DNA of 64,000 nucleotides from Candidatus Marinacidobacterium sp. (GTDB lineage Bacteria; Acidobacteriota; Vicinamibacteria; Marinacidobacterales; Marinacidobacteraceae): NCBI GenBank assembly GCA_965243415.1, contig OZ251549.1, positions 4,311 to 68,310 of the forward strand, read 5' to 3'. Shown piece by piece: positions 56,922 to 64,000 of this stretch (position 1 is its first letter; each line of letters starts with the position of its first letter). The notes under the pieces were generated by a model. It saw only the letters and a program-made list of their open reading frames with translations, ran no database searches and was not told where the DNA came from. The position numbers and the translations under genes were made by a program.

Positions 56922-58106
56922 TCAGTCCCCCGGCGAGGGCGAAGGCGAGGGGAAGGGCGAAGACGAGGGCGGGGACGAAGACGAAGGCGCGGGAGCGGGC
57001 GCAGGCGCCGCCGCCGCGGGCTCCGGGAGGTCGAGGAACTCCCGGTGCGACTCCCGGCAGGCGACGAACTGCCGGTCGTCGGCCACCCAGTCCGGGGGCG
57101 CCGAAACCCGCACCGGCAGCCCCGCCGGAAGCACCCGGTCGTCGCAGAGCGTCGCTTCCGCATGGACCAGCATCGAGCGGGCGTCGAGGACCGGGGACAC
57201 CACGAGCACGATCCCCGGGCGCGGGTCGCCCCCTTCCGTCGGCTGGATGCGGAGCGCGGCCCCCGGGATCAGGGAGGAGACCGCTTCCGGCTCGGCGGCG
57301 AAGCGCACCCGCCATTCCCCGGCGCCGACGGCGAAGACGGTGGCGCCCTGGGCGTAGTGGGCGCCGAGTCCGTGCACCTCGGTTACCACGCCGGCCACCG
57401 GGGCGCGCAGGGTGGCCTTCGAGAGGGCCGCCCGCGCCTCCTGCTCGACGGACACCGCGTGTTCCAGCCGGGCCTCCGCCGCTTCGAGTTGGGCGTCGGC
57501 GACTTCGACGGCGGCGAGGAAGTCGTTCAGTTGCTCGGTGGAGAACAACTCCTGCCGACCCTGGCGGCGTTCGTTGCGGGAGCGGGCCTGCTCCAACTCG
57601 ACCCGGGCGGCGGCGCGGGAGGCCTCCGCCTCGTGGACATCGGCGAGCGCCACTTCGAGGCGGCGCTGCAGGGCGTCGGTCTCGAAGCGGCCGAGAGGCG
57701 CGCCGACCGGGACGCTCTCGCCGGGGGTCACGAAGCGTTCGACCAAACGCCCGTCGTAGGGCGCCGGGATGAGCAGTTGCGTCTCCCGGACGACGACGCC
57801 GGTGTGACCCTCGGGCTCGGCCAGGAGCGCCGCGAGCGGGTCCTCGGGCAGCGCCGGCGCCGAGAGCCGTCGCTCCGGAAGCGGCCCGCCGAGCGACTCC
57901 GGCCCCGGCCCGCAGCCGACGCCGGCGCCGGCGACGAGGACCGGAAGAACCAGTCGCCGCCTGGCCGCGCCGAGCAAGCGGGAACCGACGCCCCCGAGCC
58001 GCGCTCGCCGAGACGAACCGGCCCCCCGACGAACCGCCCCGCGCGCCCCCCGGGCGCCGCGCCGGCGAAGCCCTCCTCCGGGAACCGGCGCCCGAGTCGT
58101 CGTCAT
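56922..58106 (-). CDS. Membrane-fusion (periplasmic adaptor) protein
   Basis: APYDGRL..PGESVPVGAPL, coiled coil, LRAPVAGVV; possible lipobox GVGC. Confidence 0.8.
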   Translation of the reverse strand: MTTTRAPVPGGGLRRRGARGARGAVRRGAGSSRRARLGGVGSRLLGAARRRLVLPVLVAGAGVGCGPGPESLGGPLPERRLSAPALPEDPLAALLAEPEGHTGVVVRETQLLIPAPYDGRLVERFVTPGESVPVGAPLGRFETDALQRRLEVALADVHEAEASRAAARVELEQARSRNERRQGRQELFSTEQLNDFLAAVEVADAQLEAAEARLEHAVSVEQEARAALSKATLRAPVAGVVTEVHGLGAHYAQGATVFAVGAGEWRVRFAAEPEAVSSLIPGAALRIQPTEGGDPRPGIVLVVSPVLDARSMLVHAEATLCDDRVLPAGLPVRVSAPPDWVADDRQFVACRESHREFLDLPEPAAAAPAPAPAPSSSSPPSSSPFPSPSPSPGD

Positions 58107-61100
58107 CGGCCCCCGCGGCGGCGCGCCAGGAGCGACCGGTAGGCGCGGCCCAGGAAGTCGTGGATCACCAACTCGTGCTTCCGCGCCGCCACCCGCAGGA
58201 GCCGGTTCGCATGCATGTGGGTGAAGTCCCGGAGGATCGCCGCCAGCGGACGCCCCAACTCCCCCGCCCCGTCGCGCTCCCGGAACTCCCGAACGATACC
58301 CGCCGACCCGGCGGAACGCTCCCGGAACGCCGCGTCCACCGCCGCCAGCGGCCCGTCGTCCGCCGCCTCCCCGGCATACCCCCCACCGGATTCCCCTCCG
58401 GATCCCCCACCCAAGTCACTGCCGTCGGACAACAGCCGCAGCACCCCCGGCAGCTCCCGCCGCAGCCGCCCGGCCAACTGCCGCCGCAGCGGCGCCCCCA
58501 CGGAGAACTCCCGCCCGAAGTTCTCCCGCGCCTTCCCGATCACCTCCCGCCGTTCGGGGAGCGCGAGCCCGAAGTCCCCGAGCAGCCGGTCGAACCCCAG
58601 CAGCGTCGCCTGCCAGCGCAGCCCCTCCGCGCCGGCCCCCTCCACCGCCTCCACCACCCGGAGCGCCGCCTCGCTGTCCAGCCGGAACCAGCGCTCGGCC
58701 AGTTCCATCCCCCGCCCGCCGCCGTACCGCTCCGTCTCGCGCACATAGGTGTCCACGGCCAGCCGGTGCGCCAGCCCCTCGCGGAAGAACGGCCGCAGCA
58801 ACGCCGCCGCCCGCTCGTCCAGCAGACGCAGCGTCTCCGGACCACCCCGAAACCGCGCCCGCAGATGGTTCTCCGGGTCCGAGTAGCGGAGGAAGAACCA
58901 GGGCTCGTCCGGCTCCCGTTCCCGGTGCAGCGCGGCCAGCGGCGCCACCACCTGCCGCAGCAGCCGGTCGGCGGACACCGTGGCGCAGTAGATCTTCAGG
59001 AAGAACCATTCGTCCCCCGGCGGGAACACCCGGCGGAACTCCGCCGCGCCAAGGTCGGGCGCCGCGGCAGGCCGGGACCGTTCCTCCTCCCCCGACTCCG
59101 ATTCGCCAACCGCCTTCCGGGGCTCCCTCCGCACCAGCGGCAGGATGATCTCGTGCCGGTGGCGCCCCTCGGGACTCTCCACGCACCCAACCAGATCCTC
59201 GGACAACACCTCTTCCAGCACGACCGCCGGCCGCCGCCGGGCATAGTCCGCCAGCACCCGCCGGCAGTACGGGTTCCCGAGATCCATCAGCAACCGATGG
59301 TCACCCTCCACCAGGCGCGTCCAGCGCGGCAACCCGACCTCCTCCACCAACTCCCCGACCGCCCGTTCCCGGTCCGCCGCCGTCTTCCCTTTCCCGACCC
59401 GTTCGAAGCCCGCCGATCCGCGACCCACCTGCCAGCGGGCCAGCGAGTACACCGCCCGGCCCCGCACGACCCGCGGCAGGTACGGAAGGCCGTTCAACGC
59501 CCCCCAACCCCAGCCGAAGCCCTCCCGGCAGCCTTCGCCCTGCAGAGCGCAGAGGAAGCGGTAGAGCCCCTGGCTGCGGCGGAAGTTGTGCGCCGAGGTC
59601 AACCGGGGCCGCACCTCCCGCCCGTCCCTCCGGGAACGCAGCCGGAACCGGCCCCCCTCCAGCCGCAGCAACAGGTCGCCGGCGGTCAGCCGCGCGCCGC
59701 CGCGAAAGCGCGAGTTCCCGGCGCAGGACAACTCCACCTCCCGCAGGTGCGGCCGCCGCACCACATTCCCCACCCGGCCCTCGGGCGTGTGGACGACCTC
59801 GGCGAAGACCACTTCCGGCGCCAGCGCCTCCTCCTCGCGCAGGTGTTCCCGCACCCGTTCCTCCAACCCCGCGTCGAGATCGCAGAACCGCCCCAGCATC
59901 CGCGCCCCGGAGGGCCCGGCCAGACCCCGGAGGAACAGCCGGTAGTCCCCCCGCCGCACCGCCGCCTCGGATTCGGCCCAGATCTCGAACTGCAGGCTGG
60001 CCGCGTCCGGCAACTCGGCGGACTCCGCCGGCGCCACCCGGGCCAGCAACTCGTCGTCCAGTTCGAGCGTCGGCGGCAGCGCGCCCCCGGCCTCGAGCGT
60101 CCCTGCCTGCAGCCGCTCCCACATCGCGTCGGCGAACCCGGACCGCGGCGCGCCCCCGCCGTCGCGCCCCCGGCCGGCGCCGAGGTCGAGCCCGGCGACC
60201 AGCGGCGCCGCCGGCTGCCGGGGCCGCAGGTCCGAACCGGGCAGGCCGATCCCCCGCTCCGGGTCGAACGCCTCCGTCAGGGGCACTTCCCGGGACTCGT
60301 AGCGTTCCCGGAACCGGTTCTTCAACTCGCGCAGCCCGTCCCCCGCCGCCCCCGCCAGCCGCCGCAGCGGTTCGGCCGCCCGCAGCGCCTCCTCGACGAG
60401 GGCCTCGTCCAACCGGAGGTCGGGCGCCTCCCGGAACAGGTCCACCTGGAGCAGTTGCTCCGAGGCCTTCATCCCCAGCCCGTTCGTCCAGACCGCCCCC
60501 ACGCCGTCCCAGGCCGCCTTCGACGCGCCGACGCCCGAAGCGTCCAACTCGCGGATGGCCTCCCGCAGCGGCCGCACCCGCGCCGCGCCGGGAGCAGGCA
60601 GCCGATCCAGCATCTGGTCGAGCGGATCGTCCCCGACCGCCGCCGGCATCCAGTCCGGAACGACCACCTGCGACTCGATCAATTCGTCCACGAACCCTGA
60701 GACGGCCTCGCTCGTAGCACCGGTTACGACCGCCGACACCGCCTCGACCATTTCCGAGAGAAGAGCGCCATCCTCCGCCCGGCGCAGCGAGGCGGCCAAG
60801 GCCGGCGTCGGTTCGACGAACTGCGCCTCGTGGCGGATCTCGCCTCCGCTCTGCTGGAACTCCACATACTGGTAGCCGCCCGGGACCGTCGCCAGCGTGT
60901 CGTTCGGCCGGTAGCGCGCCTCCCGGCGAACCTCGGGATCGCGGCGCAGCAACTCGGCCAGCGCCGCCAACTGCCCCAAGTCGAGCGTCGAGCGCCGCCG
61001 GCAACCGGCCTCCCCGGCGAGCCGCAGCCGCGTCTCCCCGCCCACCTCCCCCACGGAGACGCCGGCGAACAGCCCGAAGGGCGTGCACCGGTCGCTCATG

Positions 61101-61435
61101 CGGGCGAAGTACTGGACGAGCGTCCGGTCGAGCCGCGCCCGCTTCCGCGCCGACCGGTTCGCGGCCTCCGCGTTCAGGGCGTCGTCCAACCCCGGACTCG
61201 CGACCCGCAACGCGTCGCGAACCGCGGGCGGAGCCAGCGCCCGTTCCAACTCCCGGCGCAGGGCCGCCTCCTCCGGTCCGCCGCCGGCCGAACCGGACCC
61301 GACCGCCCGATCGGGCCACTCCAAAAACGCCGATGTCGGGAGCAACGGCGAACGGAGGACGAAGAACGGTGAGGGCCGAAATCGGGCGATCAACGATTCG
61401 CGTTCCGGCGACTCGCGCCGACTCCCTTCTCCCAT
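58103..61435 (-). CDS. lanB: Class I lanthipeptide dehydratase (full length: glutamylation and elimination domains)
   Basis: FVLRSPLLP, YFARMSDRCTPFGLFAG, GRF, PRLTSAHN, GDHRL, WFFLKIY, WFFLRYSDPENHLRAR, YVRETERYGG, HMHANRL. Confidence 0.95.
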   Translation of the reverse strand: MGEGSRRESPERESLIARFRPSPFFVLRSPLLPTSAFLEWPDRAVGSGSAGGGPEEAALRRELERALAPPAVRDALRVASPGLDDALNAEAANRSARKRARLDRTLVQYFARMSDRCTPFGLFAGVSVGEVGGETRLRLAGEAGCRRRSTLDLGQLAALAELLRRDPEVRREARYRPNDTLATVPGGYQYVEFQQSGGEIRHEAQFVEPTPALAASLRRAEDGALLSEMVEAVSAVVTGATSEAVSGFVDELIESQVVVPDWMPAAVGDDPLDQMLDRLPAPGAARVRPLREAIRELDASGVGASKAAWDGVGAVWTNGLGMKASEQLLQVDLFREAPDLRLDEALVEEALRAAEPLRRLAGAAGDGLRELKNRFRERYESREVPLTEAFDPERGIGLPGSDLRPRQPAAPLVAGLDLGAGRGRDGGGAPRSGFADAMWERLQAGTLEAGGALPPTLELDDELLARVAPAESAELPDAASLQFEIWAESEAAVRRGDYRLFLRGLAGPSGARMLGRFCDLDAGLEERVREHLREEEALAPEVVFAEVVHTPEGRVGNVVRRPHLREVELSCAGNSRFRGGARLTAGDLLLRLEGGRFRLRSRRDGREVRPRLTSAHNFRRSQGLYRFLCALQGEGCREGFGWGWGALNGLPYLPRVVRGRAVYSLARWQVGRGSAGFERVGKGKTAADRERAVGELVEEVGLPRWTRLVEGDHRLLMDLGNPYCRRVLADYARRRPAVVLEEVLSEDLVGCVESPEGRHRHEIILPLVRREPRKAVGESESGEEERSRPAAAPDLGAAEFRRVFPPGDEWFFLKIYCATVSADRLLRQVVAPLAALHREREPDEPWFFLRYSDPENHLRARFRGGPETLRLLDERAAALLRPFFREGLAHRLAVDTYVRETERYGGGRGMELAERWFRLDSEAALRVVEAVEGAGAEGLRWQATLLGFDRLLGDFGLALPERREVIGKARENFGREFSVGAPLRRQLAGRLRRELPGVLRLLSDGSDLGGGSGGESGGGYAGEAADDGPLAAVDAAFRERSAGSAGIVREFRERDGAGELGRPLAAILRDFTHMHANRLLRVAARKHELVIHDFLGRAYRSLLARRRGGR

Positions 61436-61497
61436 GAGGCGATGGAGAGGTTACCGGTGATCCGCCCGGATACACACGGCCCGTAGTCGCGTCGCCT

Positions 61498-62718
61498 TCA
61501 GGACAGCAGGAGCAGCCGGTCCCAGGCGGGGTCGGTGTCCGTGATCGCGGCGAGCAGGGCCAGGCCGATGCCAGCGGAACCGCCGAGGAACGACGCGTCG
61601 TCCACCCAGCCCTGTCCACCGTTCACATCCGCCCAAGTCTGGAAGCCGCCGACTCCGATACCGGGCTTCCGGTAGGTCAGCGCCTCCTCCAACCAGACGA
61701 GCGCCGCCTCGCGGAACTGCTCGTCCCCGGTGCGACGATAGAGCCGATGGAAGATCTGCGTGTTGCCGGCCGCCCCGTGGCAGAGCCCGGCGTCCCGGTT
61801 GTTGCTCTGCGCCGGCCCGACCCCGGCGCACGCGGAGGCCAACTCTCGGCCCCACTCTTCGCCGGCAGAGTCGCCCCCTTCCCGCGCGGCCTGCCAGACG
61901 ACCGCCGCGGCGCCCAGCGGCCCGTAGCACCACGCCATCCGGCGGTTCGGCTCCCGCCGGACGCCGGGAGCGATCCAGGACGGGAGATCCGGCGTCCCGG
62001 GGTCCGGATGGACCGAAAGAAGCCACCGCAGGGCGCCGCGCAGCAGGGCCGCAGCCCGCTCCGGCGCCACACCGTGCACGCACAGTTTGCCGAGAAGCCA
62101 CATCACCCCCGGGACGCCGTGCGCTACTCCCAGGTTGTAGTAGCCCTCGGGCGCCCTCTCCCGTTGCCACTCCGGCAACAGGTCCGGCTCCGTGAACCAG
62201 GTGACCCCGTCCCCGACTTCGACCGCGGAGTCCTCCAACAGGTCCAGGATGCGAACGAGCCCGGTCTCCGCCCCTTCGTTCAGCAACCGCTCCGTGAAGT
62301 GGACGCCGATGCCGACGAGCCCGCTGATCAGGTCGTACCCGAATCGCCGGGGCCACGCCTCGAGCGCCGGTCCGAGATGTCGGCTCACTTGGGCCTCCAC
62401 GAACTCGTCGTCCCCTCCGAGATGCCGGACCAGCCAGCCGAGCCCAGCCCAGCCGCCGAAGAGTCCGACTCCCCGATGCGGTCTCATGAGGTCGATGTAC
62501 GAATCCACGATCCCGGCGCACCGATCCATCCCGTCGGCAGCCCGTGAGGTCAGGCCCAAATACGCCGGAAACAGCGACACGAGCACATTGGAACGAGGCA
62601 ACCCGCTGACCGTGACTTCTCCCTCGGCGCCGGTCCGGGTCAGATCACCGATGTCGCGGTCCACTGCGTCCACGGCCGCCGCGAATCTCCAGTCTTCGCC
62701 CAGGAGAGGGAGTTTCAC
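61498..62718 (-). CDS. lanC: Lanthionine cyclase LanC
   Basis: YDLISGLVG, GVAHGVPG, AWCYG and GLCHG zinc ligands, FLGGSAGIGL; AGGAG RBS before GTG at 62718. Confidence 0.93.
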   Translation of the reverse strand: MKLPLLGEDWRFAAAVDAVDRDIGDLTRTGAEGEVTVSGLPRSNVLVSLFPAYLGLTSRAADGMDRCAGIVDSYIDLMRPHRGVGLFGGWAGLGWLVRHLGGDDEFVEAQVSRHLGPALEAWPRRFGYDLISGLVGIGVHFTERLLNEGAETGLVRILDLLEDSAVEVGDGVTWFTEPDLLPEWQRERAPEGYYNLGVAHGVPGVMWLLGKLCVHGVAPERAAALLRGALRWLLSVHPDPGTPDLPSWIAPGVRREPNRRMAWCYGPLGAAAVVWQAAREGGDSAGEEWGRELASACAGVGPAQSNNRDAGLCHGAAGNTQIFHRLYRRTGDEQFREAALVWLEEALTYRKPGIGVGGFQTWADVNGGQGWVDDASFLGGSAGIGLALLAAITDTDPAWDRLLLLS

Positions 62719-63050
62719 GATCGGACTCCTGTGGCGGTGCCGCCCCGGTCTTCGGAGCGCCGGTGATGACTGTCTCCGCGAAGACCCATCCCGGTTGTCA
62801 GTCCCTTTCCCGAACGGAGAAACGGGCTCCCTGCCACCGAAGCCGGCCGGCCCCACAGCGCGTCCACGATCAGAAGTACGGCGACTGGGCGCGGAGATCG
62901 CTCGCGGACGGGGTCACCCGCAACTGTCGGACGACTTGTCCGTGCCCGTGCGTTGCAGGGTCCTCTGCGTCGCATCGCCCGCAACGGCCGCAGGTTCTTC
63001 GAGACGCAGTCTCACGGAACAGAGACCGCCTCTGTCGAACCTACGGCCAC

Positions 63051-63082
63051 CCCCCGAGAGTCATGCTGAATCTCGAGGGAGC
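63051..63082 (-). terminator. Imperfect stem-loop just downstream of lanA (weak terminator or mRNA stabiliser)
   Basis: CGAGA-GTCATGCTGAA-TCTCG inverted repeat about 20 bp past the stop; no U-tract. Confidence 0.3.
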
Positions 63083-63096
63083 GGGGGTTCGCGACC

Positions 63097-63393
63097 TCAG
63101 ATGGGCGGCTCGCAGCCGGCGTCGCAGGTGTGGCCGTCGCAGGTCCCGTCGCAGCTGCCGTCGCACGAGTGCCCGCAGGTCGCGCCGCAGGTCGGGCCGT
63201 CGCAGGTGTGCGGGCAGGTCGGGCAGCAGGTCTGCGGGCAGGTGGGCTCGCAGGTGTGCGGGTGACCACCGGCGATGTCCGCCATCTGGTCCTCGTTGAG
63301 GTCAACGAGAGGCCGCTTCTTCAGCGTCAACCCGCTGTCCCTCCCCTTCCCGCGCCCGCCGGCGCCCGAAGGGTCGTGGTTCTTTCTCTTCAT
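63097..63393 (-). CDS. lanA: Lanthipeptide precursor (43-aa double-Gly leader plus 55-aa Cys/Thr-rich core)
   Basis: Leader LTLKKRPLVDL (LxLxKx5L) and MADIAGG; core HPHTCEPTCPQTCCPTCPHTCDGPTCGATCGHSCDGSCDGTCDGHTCDAGCEPPI; adjacent to lanC/lanB. Confidence 0.93.
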   Translation of the reverse strand: MKRKNHDPSGAGGRGKGRDSGLTLKKRPLVDLNEDQMADIAGGHPHTCEPTCPQTCCPTCPHTCDGPTCGATCGHSCDGSCDGTCDGHTCDAGCEPPI

Positions 63394-63505
63394 GGAACAT
63401 GCCCTCCCTTGGAGCACCGAGTGTGGTTACTACGAACGACCTGCCATCCGCGCAGAAGAAGAGAACTCGGCGCGGACAGCAGATCGCTCAGGATTCGGTG
63501 CGGCC

Positions 63506-64000
63506 CTAGAAGGTCAGTCGAGCGCTCAGGCCGATGGTGCGGCCCTGAATCCACTCGATGGGCTCCTGAAAGGCTTCCCCGGCCGACATGATGAAGTTCG
63601 TTTCCGTGGTGTTGTTCAGGGCGTTGAAGATATCCACGATGAACAGCATCTCGGCCCGATTGCCCAGGGGGAACGCCTTGTCCAGCCGGAAATCCAGGAT
63701 GGAAACCATCTTCGACCGACGATTGTTCAGATCGTCAAGGAAGATGTCCTGATCTCCCACATTCCCCACATCGATACTCAGAATCGGCGACCACGGGAAG
63801 CCGCTGACGAGACGAAGCGTGGCCGCCGCCCCGATCTCGTACGGCATGACATAGCGGGCAGCGCTCTTGGCCTGCCAGTTCGTGACATCCTGGATGAGGG
63901 AGATCGGACCGTACTCCGGAGCGTACCCGACGCCGATCGGGTCCGTGGTCAGCGGGCTAGTACTCTGGCCCGCGGTGCGCGCCTCATGCCTCCACTGATA
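63506..64000 (-). CDS. C-terminus of a TonB-dependent (Oar-like) outer-membrane receptor, partial
   Basis: LDFRLDKAF, IVDIFNALN, terminal GRTIGLSARLTF beta-signal ending in Phe; frame runs off the window end. Confidence 0.8.
   Translation of the reverse strand, partial: YQWRHEARTAGQSTSPLTTDPIGVGYAPEYGPISLIQDVTNWQAKSAARYVMPYEIGAAATLRLVSGFPWSPILSIDVGNVGDQDIFLDDLNNRRSKMVSILDFRLDKAFPLGNRAEMLFIVDIFNALNNTTETNFIMSAGEAFQEPIEWIQGRTIGLSARLTF

Noticed and set aside
58103-61435. Thiopeptide cluster
   Set aside because: LanB is full length and paired with LanC; no YcaO, azoline dehydrogenase or pyridine synthase in the window
62715-63305. Second precursor peptides (ORFs 62715-62984 and 63012-63305)
   Set aside because: No leader or GG motif and no Cys/Thr pattern; the latter is an alternative frame of lanA
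63097-63393. Metallothionein or radical-SAM (ranthi/sactipeptide) substrate
   Set aside because: The GG leader with LxLxKx5L and adjacent lanBC/PCAT explain it better; no radical-SAM gene in the window, though one could lie upstream
243-63591. Many very long overlapping ORFs (e.g. 29304-34052, 22033-25392, 54576-58142, 9023-12319)
   Set aside because: They are Arg/Pro/Gly-rich shadow frames antisense to or overlapping motif-bearing genes, as expected at this GC content

Overview
Very GC-rich bacterial DNA from a diderm. The Oar-like TonB receptor tail, gene order and paralog expansions suggest Acidobacteriota, but that is inference. 1-5.3 kb: accessory genes (partial RNA ligase, DUF6978-DUF1828-ABC-type ATPase operon, cupin, channel-like membrane protein). 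6.5-32 kb: mostly housekeeping (rlmB, ispDF, radA, dnaB, rplI-rpsR-rpsF, pth, rplY, prs, tRNA-Gln, ispE, LolB-like, TPR, purH, selA, thiS/thiG, nth, LLM oxidoreductase, selD fusion), punctuated by locus-specific 200-270 bp tandem duplications at gene boundaries. 33.7-51.7 kb: hydrolase and PQQ-dehydrogenase genes interleaved with defence-like genes: a DUF262+HEPN pair split by an IS1634, a DUF4062-ATPase, three mosaic AAA-ATPase/PD-(D/E)XK paralogs plus a relic, and a second IS1634. 51.8-64 kb (minus strand) is the highlight: a class I lanthipeptide cluster (TonB receptor - lanA - lanC - lanB - MFP - C39 peptidase ABC transporter - signalling-domain-fused MFP). Its 55-aa anionic, His-rich core is a (T/S)C-xx repeat with 11 Ser/Thr and 13 Cys, which fits a ladder of up to 11 interlocked thioether rings. 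Host genes also strongly avoid AGCT and ACGT, while the IS elements do not. All family calls come from motif recognition by eye; no database searches were run.
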